Shown here: piece by piece, positions 11,290-24,834 of the stretch
Layout: each line of letters begins with the position of its first letter
How positions within the stretch are numbered: the stretch's first letter is position 1
Assembly (NCBI RefSeq): GCF_032444005.1
Contig: NC_091285.1
Coordinates: 2,232,001 to 2,296,000, forward strand
Source of the DNA: Ranitomeya imitator
Lineage: Eukaryota
Length of the DNA: 64,000 nucleotides
Reading direction: 5' to 3'
The notes under the pieces: generated by a model
The model's input: the letters and a program-made list of their open reading frames with translations, nothing else
The model's database searches: none
Told to the model about the DNA's origin: nothing
Position numbers and translations under genes: made by a program

Positions 11290-13976
11290 CAGTGCCTTTC
11301 CTAAGTATTCGTCCCCCTGGAACTATTCCACCTTTCCCCACATATCAGGCTTCACGCATTAACCCCTTCAAGTCGCGGCCCTTTTTCGTTTTTGCGTTTT
11401 CATTTTTCACTTCCCTCCTTCCCAGAGCCATAACTTTTTTATTTTTCTGTCAATATGGTCATGTGAGGGCTTATTTTTTGCGGGACGAGTTGTACTTTTG
11501 AACGACACCATTGGTTTTACCATGTCTTTTACTAGAAAACGGGAAAAAAATTCCAAGTGCGGTGAAATTGCAAAAACAGTGCAATCCCACACTTGTTTTT
11601 TGCTTGGCTTTTTTGCTAGGTTCATTAAATGCTAAAAGTAACCTGCCATTGTGATTCTCTAGGTCATTACGAGTTCCTAGACATCTAACATGTCTAGGTT
11701 ATTTTTTATCCAAGTGGTGAAAAAAAATTCAAAACTTTGCTTAAAAAAAAAAAAAAAAAAGGCCATTTTCCGATACCCGAAACGTCTCCGTTTTTCGTGA
11801 TCTGGGGTCGGGTGAGGGCTTATTTTTTGCGTGCCGAGCTGACGTTTTTAATGATACCATTTCGGTGCAGATACGTTCTTTTGATCACCCGTTATTGCAT
11901 TTTAATGCAATGTCACGGCGACCAAAAAACGTAATTCTGGCGTTTCGGATTTTTTTCTCGCTACGCTGTTTAGCGATCAGATTAATGCTTTTTTTAATCG
12001 ATAGATCAGGCGATTCTGAACGCGGCGATACCAAATACGTGTAGGGTTTATTTTTTGTTTTGTTTTATTTAGGATGGGGCGAAAGGGGGGTGATTTAAAC
12101 TTTATATTTTTTTTAGTATTTTTAAAAACATTTTTTTTTACTTGTGCCATGCTTCAATAGCCTCCATGGGAGGCTAGAAGCTGGCATAGCCTGATCGGCT
12201 CTGCTACATAGCAGCGATCATCAGATCGCTGCTATGTGGCTGAAATGCAGGTGTGCTGTGAGCGCCGACCAAAGGGGGTCGCTCACAGCAGGCCGGCATC
12301 AGTAACCATAGAGGTCTCAAGGACCTCTATGGTTACCTTCCTGATGCATCGCCGACCCTCCGATCATGTGACGGGGGTCGGCGATGACATCATTTCCGGC
12401 CGCCCGGAAGCGCCGGTTAAATGCCGCTGTCTGCGTTTGACAGCGGCATTTAACAGGTTAATAGCGGCGGGTGAATAGCGATTTCACCCGCCGCTATTGC
12501 GCACACATGTCAGCTGTACAAAACAGCTGACATGTTGCGACTTTGATGTGGGCTCACCGCCGGAGCCCACATCCAAGGGGGTGACACGGCATGCGCAGTA
12601 CTAGTACGGTGCATGTCGTGAAGGGGTTAAAATAACAAATGTAAATTTTTGGTGAAGAATCAACAACAAGTGGAACACAATTGTGAAGTTGAACGAAATT
12701 TATTGGTTATTTTACATTTTTGTGGAAATTCAAAATCTGAAAAGTGGGACGTGTATTATTATTCGGCCCCTGTAACGTAATACTTTGTTGCGCCACCTTT
12801 TGCTGTGATTACAAGTCGCTTGGGGTTTGTCTCTATCAGTTTTGTACATGGAGAGACTGAAATTCTCGCCCGTTCTTCCTTGGCAAACAGCTCGAGCTCA
12901 GTGAGGTTTTATGGAGATAGTTTGTGAACAGCAGTTTTCAGCTCTTTCCACAGATTCGCGATTGGATTGAGGTCTGAACTCTGACTTGGCCATTCTAACA
13001 CCTGGATACGTTTATTTGTGAACCATTCCATTGTAGATTTTGCTTTATGTTTGGGATCATTGTGTTGTTGGAAGACAAATCTCCGTCCCAGTCCCATGTC
13101 TTTTGCAGACTCCAACAGAAAGGTCCTGTATTTCAAGAAAGGTCCTGTATTTGGCTCCATCCATCAATTTTAACCATCTTCCCAGTCCCTGCTGAAGAAA
13201 AGCAGGCCCAAACCATGATGCTGCCACCACGTTTGACAGTGGGGATGGTGTGTTCAGGGTGATGAGCTGTGTTGCCTTTACGCCAAACATATTGTTTGTC
13301 ATTGTTGCCAAAAAGTTTGATTTTGGCTTCATCTGACCAGAGCACCTTCTTCCACATGTTTGGCGTCTTCCAGGTGACTTGTTGCAAACTTTAAACACTT
13401 CTTATGGATATCTTTGAGAAATGGCTTTCTTCTTGCCACTCTTCCATAAAGGCCAGATTTGTGCAGTGTACTACTGATTGTTGTCCTATGGACAGACTGT
13501 CCCACCTCAGCTGTAGATCTCTGCAGTTCATCCAGAGTGATCATGGGCCTCTTGGCTGCATCTCTGATCAGTCTTCTCCTTGTTTGAGTGCGTTCCTTGG
13601 TCTTCACACAGAACCCTGAGACTATCACAGAGCAGGTGCATTTATACAGAGACTTGATTACACACAGGTGGATTATATTTATCATCATTAGGCATTTAGG
13701 ACAACATTGGATCATTCAGAGATCCACAATGAACTTCTGGAGTGAGTTTGCTTCACTGAAAGTAAAGGGGCCGAATAATATTGCACGCCCCACGTTTCAG
13801 TTTTTGAATTTTCACAAAAATGTAAAATAACCAAAAAATTTCATTCAACTTCACAATTGTGTTCCACTTGTTGATTCTTCACCAAAAATTTACATTTGGT
13901 ATCTTTATGTTTGAAGCATGACATGTGGGAAAAGGTTGAAATGCTCCAGGGAGCTGAATACTTTTGCAAGGCACTG
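11290..13976 (-). mobile_element. Tc1-family DNA transposon with long (~200-bp) TIRs, defective, interrupted by a TTAA element
   Basis: Termini CAGTGCCTT...AGTATTC and GAATACTTTTGCAAGGCACTG followed by TA. Transposase fragments: [47 protein letters not shown]. The N-terminal HTH is partly deleted. Confidence 0.92.
11363..12626. mobile_element. Non-autonomous piggyBac-type element
   Basis: TTAA|CCCCTTC ... GAAGGGG|TTAA. No ORF; several internal hairpins. Confidence 0.8.
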
Positions 13977-14006
13977 TACAAGAATATAACTACTATATTG
14001 CTGTCC

Positions 14007-14553
14007 CGAACAGCAAACTCCCCAGTAAAGCAAGATTGAAAAAATATAAAATAAAACTGCAATATAAAGCAGATCGTTCAGCAGTTATCTGGGTGGACCG
14101 CTCAATCCTCTGAGCTCAGTGATTGGCTACTGATTGTACTACATGACGCCACCGCCACAACACTGAGAAGGGAGCGGCGGTGGCAGGGAGTCGGCAATGG
14201 ACACAAGGAGGATGTGAGATGGGTGTACATACATCATTACTTAATTCCCCTTTATTTCAATTTAAGCGAAAATTCACTATTATAGGGCTATTCCACTTAA
14301 AGTAAAGCATCCCAAATGCTGTAAATGCCAAAAATAACAGGATGTTGTTGCCTTCCTTGTGTCCAGTGCCGACTCCCTGCCACCGCCGCTCCGTTCTCAG
14401 TGTTGTGGCGGTGACGTCATGTAGTGCAATCAGTAGCCAATCACTGAGCTCAGAGGATTGAGCGGACCACCCAGATAGCTGAACGATCTGCTTTATATTG
14501 CAGTTTTATTTTATATTTTTTCAATTTTGCTTTACTGGGGAGTTTGCTGCTCG
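14007..14553. repeat. Foldback: ~200-bp inverted repeats around a ~140-bp spacer (MITE-like)
   Basis: 14007-14211 is the near-perfect reverse complement of 14351-14553. No clear TSD. Confidence 0.85.
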
Positions 14554-15324
14554 TGCTATTAAGTTAAATATATTTGCAAATTTTATACTTTATTTTTGCT
14601 TTTCTGCAATTTTCCGACTTGCTGTCAGGTGCCTGTAGCCAATGTAGAATTATAATACTGTCCCCTAGTTTTTTCTGTTAATCAAGTAGTGATTTGATGC
14701 AGCTGCAGTAATATATACTCTATACTTGTTAGACAAGATTGGCGCTTTGTGTTTTGGGAAAGTTCTTACTATTAACCTCTGAGTGACCAGACAGTAGTGA
14801 TCCTCCTCCTCTTCTCAGCGGTTGTGTGGAGGATGAGGGGGGTGATAGTCCCTCGGCTCAGCGGCGGCTGCTGAATATTCATTCTGGTCAGATTCCGCGC
14901 AGACAACAAAGTCTCCGATCATCTGCTCATCAGCTCCGATCAGTTGTTTCCGCAGGCGAGGAGTCAGGTTGTCAGCGCTCACCTTCAGCTGTCATTGCGG
15001 CTGCCAGGAATCTCTAGACGCTGCAGCTTCTATCAACAATTTAAAGTAATCAGAAAGGAGTCGGATACAGCGCGGTGCAGACCATACACTGGGAACTGCA
15101 ACCACGAGGTGACCCGAACAAGATCTTGACACCAGAACATCCCAGAGCTGCTACTGACTGGGCCCTGGAGCCAGCGAGACATGATGTAACAGCAGAATAG
15201 TGAGTGCAGCTCTGGAGGTGACTGGAGGGTAGCTCCTGTTTTTCGGATCAGTTTCTGCAGGACAGTCTCCATCCCGCTACATTTGTCATATGAGAATCCT
15301 TCTGCACAATCTCCTTTTCGGTCA

Positions 15325-16695
15325 CATTTTGCGCCTCTTCTTCCTGGCAGTCCCTGGTCATCTAGTTTTGCGCCTCTTCTTCCTCGCCGTCACTTAGTTT
15401 CGCTCAACAGCTTGCTCACAGTCCCTGATCATTTAGTTTTGTGCCTCTTCTTGCTTGCAGTCACTTAGTTTCGCTACACAGCTTGCTCGCAGTTCCTGGT
15501 CATCTAGTTTTGAGCCTCTTCTTCCTTGCAGTCCCTGGTCATCTAATTTTGCGCCTCTTCTTGCTCGCAGTCACTTAGTTTCACTCCACAGCTTGCTCGC
15601 AGTCCCTGGTCATTTAATTTATTTTGCGCCTCTTCTTCCTGGCAGACCCTGGTCATTTAGTTTTGCGCCTCTTCTTGCTCGCAGTCACTTAGTTTCGCTC
15701 CACAGCTTGCTCGCAGTCACTGGTCATTTAGTTTTGCACCTCTTCTTGCTCGCAGTCACTTAGTTTCGCTCCACAGCTTACTCTCAGTCACAGGTCATTT
15801 AGATTTGTGCCTCTTCTTCTTGGTAGTCACTGGTCACTTAGTTTTGCGCCTCTTAACGAAATCGTCATGTGTGAAGGTACCTTAACGATATCGTTGCAAC
15901 GTCACGCTTTTTGTGACGTCACCGCTGTGCTGCTTTACGGCCAGCGCTGACAGTCAGTGCGGGAAGCTGACGGCGGGGGGGACGTGACAGACATCGGAAT
16001 GCGAGTATGTAGTGTTTTTTTTTTTACTTTTACTATGGTAACCAGGGTAAATATCGGGTTACTAAGCGCGGCCCTGCACTTAGTAACCCGATGTTTACCC
16101 TGGTTACCCGGGGATTTCGGCATCGTTGAAGACAGTTTCTACGATGCCGAAGTCGTTCCCCTGATCGTTGGTCGCTGGAGAGAGCTGTGTGACAGCTCCC
16201 CTGCGACCACACAACGACTTACCAACGATCACGGCCAGGTCGTATCGCTGGTCGTGATCGTTGGTAAGTCGTTTAGTGTAACGGTACCTTTACTCTCAGT
16301 CATAGGTCATTTAGATTTGTGCCTCTTCTTCCTGGCAGTCACTAGTCATTTAGTTTTGTGATTGATCTTCCTGGCAGTCACTGGTGATTTAGTTTTGTGC
16401 CTCTTCTTCCTGGCAGTCACTGGTCACTTAGTTTTGCACCTCTTCTTGCTCGCAGTCACTTAGTTGCGCTCCACAGCTTGCTCGCAGCCACTGGTCATTT
16501 AGTTTTGCGCCTCTTCTTGGCAGTCACTGGTCACTTAGGTTTGCGCCTCTTACTCTCAGTCACAGGGCATTTAGATTTGAGCCTCTTCTTCCTGGCAGCC
16601 ACTGGTCATTTAGTTTTGTGATTCTTCTTCCTATCAGTCACTGGTCACTTAGTATCGCTCCTCTTCCTCCTGGCAGTCACTGGTCATTTTGTTTT
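15325..16695. repeat. Degenerate ~35-40-bp minisatellite interrupted by a MITE
   Basis: Unit approximately GCAGTCACTGGTCATTTAGTTTTGCGCCTCTTCTTGCTC. Confidence 0.9.
15853..16289. mobile_element. Harbinger-type palindromic MITE (left end rearranged)
   Basis: Contains the 70-bp hairpin and ends ...GTGTAACGGTACCT|TTA. Confidence 0.75.
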
Positions 16696-17429
16696 GCGCC
16701 TGTGATAATTAGTTCTCTGTTGTAGCCTCATAAGAGATGAAACAGTAATAAAAACTTTATTTTTAAATCCTTTTGTTCTTTGTTCCCTCAAAATGTTTTT
16801 TAGTATGTAAAAGAGTATGTTTTGTGTACAGATCTCCCTGGTTTCCTGTGGTTTATCCTCCCTCCATGTGGAATTCTTGTAATTTATGAGCCTGTGGACC
16901 CATGATCAATCTATGTAAATGGTGGAGAACACGACACTCACCGTTATCTGCACCTTACAAGGTTATTAAACGACAGTGGTGAAAAGTTATCAGTGCGGCC
17001 GCCATCTTCCTATAAATCACTGTCACATCCTGAAGACGAGGCCAAAAACGTGAGATGGGTAAATCCTGCAGAATGTCTACCGGACCGTCAGGGGGTGTCC
17101 AGACCTCTGTAGTCTCCAGGTTCCTGCACTTTCTGACCCGTTAGGGCCGGGGTGTCCACACAACACAACTGTTCGTCAGGCCGATCACAGATATCCGCTG
17201 TCATATCATCCACATTATTCCCGACGCTGCATCTTTCAGGATCTTGGCCGCATTTAGCTCTTGTGGTGCTAAAGAATTATTTGTCAAAGAATGATAAAAG
17301 AGTAATGGCAAAATGACCCCTGGAGCCCTGCTGGAATCACGATACAAGGGGCCCTCAGAAGCAGGGCCCAGTCACTGCTGGTGACCGTACGTAGACACAT
17401 GAGACAGCTGTCCCAGTTGTATCCCTCAC

Positions 17430-18260
17430 TGGACAAGGAAGACTCAAATAGGATGGATGACGTCTTAGTTGCTTGGATTGATGAGGTCCCGGTCCCAGTT
17501 CACTGGATAAGGTCCTGGTTGGTTGCTTAGATGAGGCCTTGGATGGTTGGATGAGGTTCTGGTTGGTTGGAGGAGATTCTGGTTGGCTGGATGAGATCCT
17601 AGTTGGTTGGTGAGGTTGTGGTTGGTTGGTAAGATGAAGCCTTGAATGGCTCTGAGGTCCTGGTTGCTTGGTTGTATGCGGTCCTAGTTGCTTGGCTGAG
17701 TAAGGTCCTGGTTGCTTGACTGGATAGAGGTCCTGGTGGGCTGGAGGAGGTCCTGGTTGGTTGGCGAGGTCCTGATTGGTTGGCGAGGTTCTGGTTGGTT
17801 GGATGAGGTCCTAGTTGTACGATTGGATTAGGTCCTGTATGCTTGGCTGGATGAGGTTAGGGTAAGAGTTAGGGCTGATGAGGTCCTGGTTGCTTGGTGA
17901 TGTCCTGGATGCTTGAATAGATTAAATCCTGGTTGCATAGTTGGTTGAGGTGCTGGTTGCATGAGATATTGATTGGTTGTATGAAATCCTGCATGGCTGG
18001 ATGAGGTCCTAGTTGCTTGATTGGATGAGGTCCTGTTGCTTGGATGGGTGAGATCCTGGTTTCATGGTTAAATAAAGTTATGGATGCTTGATTGGATGTG
18101 ATCCTGGTTGGCTGGATGAGTTCCTGGTTGTTTGGAGAGATGAGGCCTTGGTTGGTTAGATGAGGTGGTCCTGGTTGGTTGGACAAGGTCTTGGTTCTTT
18201 GGATGAGGTTCTGGTAGCATGGTTGGTTGGATGAGGTCCTGGTTGGCTGGAGTACAGCTA
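17430..18260. repeat. Degenerate ~20-bp repeat
   Basis: Recurring GGTTGGTTGGATGAGGTCCT-like unit. Confidence 0.8.
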
Positions 18261-18599
18261 TATTCAGTATACAGACCATTACTTTGCTTCCCTGTTGTGT
18301 CCTCACTGGAAAAATGTTCATAACACATAGACCCCAGGGGCAGAGGAGGTCATGGGGTGGAGAGGACATGGTGCCAAACATTGTCAGTGCGTCCACTATC
18401 GTAACAAAGACTTTCTCACGTCAGATCCGGGTTATGCTCTTCTCCACACAATGGACCCTCTCATCCACAAAATATCTGCTCTGAGCTCCAGGCGAAACCA
18501 GGGAGAACAATCTTCAATTATCTGTAGGTAGAAGGCAGGGAAGGCGGCCGAGTATCCGGATACATGCACCTCTGCAATCTCCTGCTCATCTTCCGCTTA

Positions 18600-18919
18600 G
18601 GGTTCATTCACACCGTCGTGTAAGTGCACGTTCACATTCTCATCGAGGGGAGTGGAGTGACACTCTCTCGTCGTCTGTGTACAGTGAGGTTCTTTACTCA
18701 GCAGCTATTAATCCTTTACACGACCATTTAGCATTTCCCATATTACATTCAGTATCTGTGACTGCTGGACACGGCACTGATCTCCGTGCGGAGCGAAATG
18801 CTTTTCTCGTACTGTCTGATCTTGGAGTGAAATTGTAGCTGAATAGAGCAGACGAAAACTGCAGAACTGCGCGGCCTCATTGAATAACGTTGGTCCGATT
18901 TTCCAGTGTGAGCGAGCCC
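18600..18919. mobile_element. Old Harbinger-type MITE
   Basis: TTA|GGGTTCATTCACAC ... GTGTGAGCGAGCCC|TAA. Confidence 0.55.
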
Positions 18920-18924
18920 TAACT

Positions 18925-20986
18925 CTCCGAGACCCACATATAGGATCAGCTCACTGCTCTCCTGACATCCTCTGTGCTGCTGATGATCCTGCGCCACTAT
19001 TTAACACTATGACTTCCCATATGAAAAGGTTGCTCGTTGTGCCGACAACCCCCAGTTTGCTCCACAGCACTTTTGATCCTTTGTATGCTCCAGCTGCCCT
19101 GACTGATCTGGGCAGCACATGTGGACCAGGCAGAACGTGTACCGGGCGGCACCGGCATCCCGTGAGTTATGTTCTCTTTCCAGCACAAAGTCATAAAGCT
19201 ACAGTGGTGAGGATGAGAGATGCCAGAGACCACGAGTGCACATTGCAACCAGGTGCCGATTCCTTGAACTAGCACTCTAGTTTTCAGGCAGAGTGGCGAC
19301 GGGAACATGCACAGTCATCCTGACTTGGGTGATCCCAATATACAGCAGGTTTTGTGGGGTGCTCCTGGCATACGGCAGGTCCTGTGTGGAGGAAGAGTCT
19401 GCTGCGGGTGCATGTGTGCTGCAGGAGCTGGGAAGGGAGGAAGAAACTACCACCCGGGACTTTTTGTCCACCCTCTTCTCAGTAAAGAGGAGTTAATGGA
19501 ACTGGATCCTGGGGCTGGGCCCCCGACTTCCACCTCCCGGTCAAGGCCGGCAGGAGGCCACAAGAACCGGCTAAGGAATCGACCGGGTCAGGTGGGCCTC
19601 TGGATGGAGCAAGCCTGGGGCCCCAGACAAGGACCTCGGAGGGGCCTCATGACCCCTGAATCCATGACCGTGGCGGCTCCTCCCGGAGGTAAGCAATGGA
19701 CTGGCAAAATTGAACTGGCAGTGCCCCATGACTGGGTCGGTAAGGGAGCACGGGAGCCTGTCACCTATGGTTCCTGCATTCACACACATCTCTGCGGATG
19801 CGAATGGATCGCCCCCACGTCAGGGCAATGGGCTACTCGGTACCGGGCCCCCTTCTGTAGTTGGTGGGGATGTCATGGTGGCTGAACCCGGTCCGTGGCC
19901 CTTTGAGGGGCATCCAATAAAAGGACAACAGTTTATGGTAGTGTTCGTGACACCACCTGTGGTATTCGGTCAGGGTGAACGACGCTGCTTAGGCGTCCGC
20001 TGGGGTGATGTTATGGCAGCTAGATGGTATACCTTCCCACAGGTGAAGTATGTCCCCAGGGCTTCCCAGAGTGTAGATGGTGGATGGTGCAAGGCGCAGT
20101 GAATAACGAGGACACGAGGGTGTAGTCTCTTTACCTTTACTGAAGGCTTCAGCATCCACAGTCCAGGGTAGGGACCACAGGGTAGGCAGAGTCCGGCCGG
20201 TCTGAAGGCAAATCCAGAGTCCCCTTATCCAGGAGGAATTCAATAGCCTTCCCCTAGCGCACAGTAACACAGTAGGTCCCTATTTGCATAAGCTCCTCAC
20301 TGTTGTTACTCCTCTCACTGTTCCCCGTGGTCGGATAGAACAAACCCGTATGACTGATGGCCTGAGGCTTTTTTATAGGGACCCTAGAGACGCCCCGGCC
20401 CCCACAAGTTGCCACCGTGTCTTCTTAGGTATTAAGGTCGGACAGCCAACTTGGAATTAACTGTCCTGCCAGTCTCTGAAGTAACGGCATAGACCTCTTT
20501 ACTCCCTCGGTGTTCTGGCCACCGGATCTGCGCTTCAGCTGGAGGCAGCCTGCTTCTAGCTGGTCTCCCACTGATGTTTCACTCCTGTTGCTATGACTTC
20601 TTTTCTCACTCACTACAGCACAATTCTCTTCGTGTCCCTTCCTGGGATGCTGCCGCATGGGATGCAGGCGCAGCTCCGTGTACCCTCATCCTCCTCAGAC
20701 CACAATCCAGCCAGCTCGACCTGGAGACCTTTCCTCGTCGATCCCCAGCCAGGAACTCTCCCCTCCTCGTTCTGACTAACTTCCTAACCAACCCACCAGT
20801 TTTACCCTGTGTGAGGAGTGGCCTGATAGAACCCTTAGCTCCCGCTGGTGGACTGGTGTGTGAAGTGTGTGTGTGTGGCTGTGATACCTGGACAGAAGAT
20901 CTCTTTCATTGCCCTCAGACGTAACATCACTCCCCATGGTGGAAGAATAACATTACTGCAATGAACCAGGACTCTGGGGCGCTGCA
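18925..20986 (-). mobile_element. LTR-like sequence (~19947-20986) plus adjacent internal region of an unclassified, probably Gypsy-type, element
   Basis: On the - strand it reads TGCAGCGCCCCAGAG...GGTGTCACG, which resembles LTR termini. No pol motif was seen. Confidence 0.4.
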
Positions 20987-21706
20987 CGAAGAGGCTGCAA
21001 AAAAGCTGCAGTTGCTCTGGGAGGAGTTGAGGGGAGAAAAGCAAAAGCGAACAGAGCCTCCGACTCAAAGAGATTGGAGCTCTCCGCCATGGTGAAGAGG
21101 CTGAAGGGGTCCATCCAGAAGCTAGAGGAAAGGAGGGTGGGTCATCCTCGCCAGCAGTGGCCCCTTCCAAAAAAAGCTGGAAAAAGATGACTGGTTTAGA
21201 ACCTTGACTGGTGGGAGTCCTGAGGGGTCGCAGAGTCCCAACCAAGAGGAAGAATATGATGAGGATGAGGTATGCAAGGAGATCAGGAGGATGTAGAAGT
21301 AGTTAGCTGATCCCGATAATTCCTCCCAATATGAAAGTTTGGAAGAGGAGATTGTGGAGCAGACTAGACAAAAAGGTGGAAGTACTAAATATAAAAAAAG
21401 TAAGGAGAGGGTAAAAAAAAAACCTTCCCAACCCCCAACCGTGAGAGTGTCCAAGGAAGGCTCCCCTCTGATCGCCCTCCACAACAGAGTCCAAGCCCTC
21501 GACAACTTTGCTGAGAGAGGATGGGAGTAAGGAGTCAGGGGCAACATGTGAGGGGTTTTCGGGGTCCATCCTCCAGAAGATGTACGTCCTTCTGGAGGGG
21601 GAAATTCCCCTGGAGTCCAGGAGACAGGAATAAAAAAAGTTGGACACCTCAGTGTCCCTGGAAAGGAGGGTCGACCCAGATACCACACATACGTATACCA
21701 ATGGTA

Positions 21707-22700
21707 CAAACATACTCCAGTGGCACACACATACACCAGTGATTCACCAGTGGCACACACGTACACCAGTGATTCACCAGTGGCACACACGTACACCAGT
21801 GATTCACCAGTGGTACACACGTACGCCAGTGATTCACCAGTGGTACACACGTACGCCAGTGATTCACCAGTGGTACACACGTACTCCAGTGATTCACCAG
21901 TGGTACACACATACTCCAGTGATTCACCAGTGGTACACACATACTCCAGTGATTCACCAGTGGTACACACATACTCCAGTGATTCACCAGTGGTACACAC
22001 ATACTCCAGTGATTCACCAGTGGTACACACATACTCCAGTGATTCACCAGTGGCACACACATACACCAGTTATTCACACACACTCATACACCAGTGATAC
22101 ACGTACATCAGTCACACACACTCATACACCAGTGATACACACGTACATCAGTCACACACACTCATACACCAGTGATACTCACATAGATTAGCCACATACA
22201 CCAGTGATATACACGTACATCAGTCACACACACACATACACCAGTGATATACACGTACATCAGTCACACACACACACATACACCAGTGATATACACGTGC
22301 ATCAGTCACACATACACCAGTGATATACACGTACATCAGTCACACACACTCGTACACTAGTGATACACACGTACATCAGTCTCACACACTCATACACCAG
22401 TGATATACACGTACATCAGTCACACACACTCATACACCAGTGATATACACGTACATCAGTCACACACACTCATACACCAGTGAAATACACGTACATCAGT
22501 CACACACACTCATACACCAGTGAAATACACGTACATCAGTCACACACACACATACACCAGTGATACACATGTACATCAGTCACACACACACCAGTGATAC
22601 ACACGTACCTCAGTCACACACACTCATACAGCAGTGATACATACGTAGATTAGTCACATACACTAGTGATACACACATACATCAGTCATACACCAGTCAG
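21707..22700. repeat. Compound minisatellite: a 30-bp unit grading into a related ~38-bp CA-rich unit
   Basis: (CCAGTGATTCACCAGTGGTACACACATACT)n to about 22085, then CAGTGATATACACGTACATCAGTCACACACACTCATACAC-like units. Confidence 0.92.
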
Positions 22701-24834
22701 AGTGGTAGTTTCCTCCCGATGCCGCTGCCTGAACACCTGCGGAACCAGTTTCTGGATTGACGGCTGGGATCAGCAGAGCCTTTATATGGAGTCTGGACGA
22801 TCTCGTCTGGTTTGTTGCTTTGACACATACAGTAATTATTACTGATCACATTTCAGGGGACAGAATAATGTGGGAACGCCTCGCACTCCGGCTCTTACAT
22901 ATCAGGTTTATAGATGGGTGCGTGATGCTTGCTGGCAAGCTGATGAGGCCTCACCACGAAGGGCTGAAGGTATACAATGCCGCCATGCCTCATAGCCATA
23001 GACCCGGCTGTGCAGCTTGCGTCAATGCCCAGTGCCCATCAGTACGTCGCCATCTGTACTTAGACCGAGGATGTGTGAAGCCAGACTAGGATTTAGCCAA
23101 CAGTTTACCAAAGAAATCTGGAGTATTTGAAATGTCGCAATTTTTTTACCAACTTGTAGATGCAAAACAAGTTATGACGTTTACTCTGATTCAGAGAAAA
23201 GAGACTTCCGGCCGGGGACCAAGGCTGGAGCTCAATCTAGTCCAGCCCTTCCTAGTGTTGCTAGAGGTGATTGACAGGTCTCGCCCTGTGTACACACAGT
23301 GGAGAGTCTGTTACAGGCTCAAAAAGGCTACCTCAGGCAGACTTGGCACAGGGCACTGCGTTCGGCAGATTCCAGATGAACCCTGATACTTCACCCTTTA
23401 TCCACCGTACAGGGATCAGGTCTTATAACAGGGTCCATCTGATTACTTCCACAGAAGGGCTGCTGCCAGAGGAGCAAACCAGAGGCCAGAGTGGTCATAA
23501 CACAAGGTCAAAACTAAAAAGTCATGTCAGGGCAAAATCAGGAGGCAAGCGGGTGGTGGAAACACAAGCCCAAAGCCTTTATGACTTAGTCCTTAGATGG
23601 GTCCATTTATCAGACAAGATATACCCCAGAAATATGCACCTATCTGATGTGGCCATAATATCTGGAAGTCATCCAGTGAGGACCACATGGTCGCCCCTCG
23701 ACATTCAGAATAACAGGCGGCCATTACAGAGCCTGAAATATATTAGTACGGGAAAGCGGGGGGATCCCAGATCTTTAGACACTTGGGCATCAACAAATTT
23801 GGTGGCAGAACCACAAACAATGAAGGCCTGAAGCCGCAGATTCTTCTAGATAAGACAGACAGGTAACAACAATTTGCAGAACATCCTCGGTCTCACATAG
23901 GCAGAGGTAGAGATGGGAACTAACATTTGGTCAGAGAATCCAGAATGAAACATGGTGCAGGGCTGGGCCATTCGTCTGTGAGTCGGTGGCCCGGAGTCTC
24001 ATCCTCAGCAGGACGTCACCCTTGGATTGTTCCCACAGAAGGGCTGCTGGCCGGAGGAGCAAGCCAAAGGCAAGAGAGATCGTCATGTGAAGTAAAAACC
24101 AAGAAGTTACATCAGGGACAAAATCAGGAGACAAGCCTATGGTCGAAATACAATTTGAGGTCAGACAACAGGATGCACAGACTATCGTTACACAAGAGCA
24201 AAAGATGGGAGAGAGCAGGTCTAGGAACACTAACAACTCTGCTGGGGTTTACATAGAGAGGAGATGCCATCGCTGCCAGCAGAGAGCTGATTACATACCA
24301 GCTCACTGCAGCCAAACACAGGTGGACAGAAAAAGCGACAACTGGTCTCAGCAATGTAAGAAATGAGCTACCACATATACGCTGCCGACGTCCAGCAATG
24401 GCCTCGATATTAGTGCGTCCTGACCCCAACTGCCAGGGCAGGCCATGCAGCAGGGCGTTCAGTCTGGACGAACAGTCCCAATATATTCTTATCCTTTACT
24501 GCAGCGGGCTGACAAAATGAGTAATATTACTGATAACACTCCGTCATCTCCCAATAGTGACCCGTCCAAGAGCGGAAACCCCAAAGTACGGCCCTAATGT
24601 TATCACTGGTGAACAGACCACAAGGCCACTATTCCTCTATCACTGCTGACAACCAGGGTGTGCACATGTGTGAGGCTGTCAGCACCCCGTCCTGGTGATC
24701 CTGTTATCTGCCATCTGACTACTGGTAGGATGAAGCCCCCATCGGACGCAAGGTGTAGGAATGTCTCATCACCAGACGGAATCTGCCGCTGCTACGAGAC
24801 AATGCGGTTATTATGGAAACAGTGGTAACTAAAG

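Noticed and set aside
3206-14000. 35-bp repeats next to reverse transcriptases as a CRISPR, retron or DGR system
   Set aside because: Units are head-to-tail with no unique spacers, there are no cas genes, the RTs are LINE/DIRS types, and the context is vertebrate.
14760-15325. Remnant of a syntenic neighbour such as CAPZA3
   Set aside because: Only a chance few-residue resemblance, with stops in every frame and no convincing alignment by eye.
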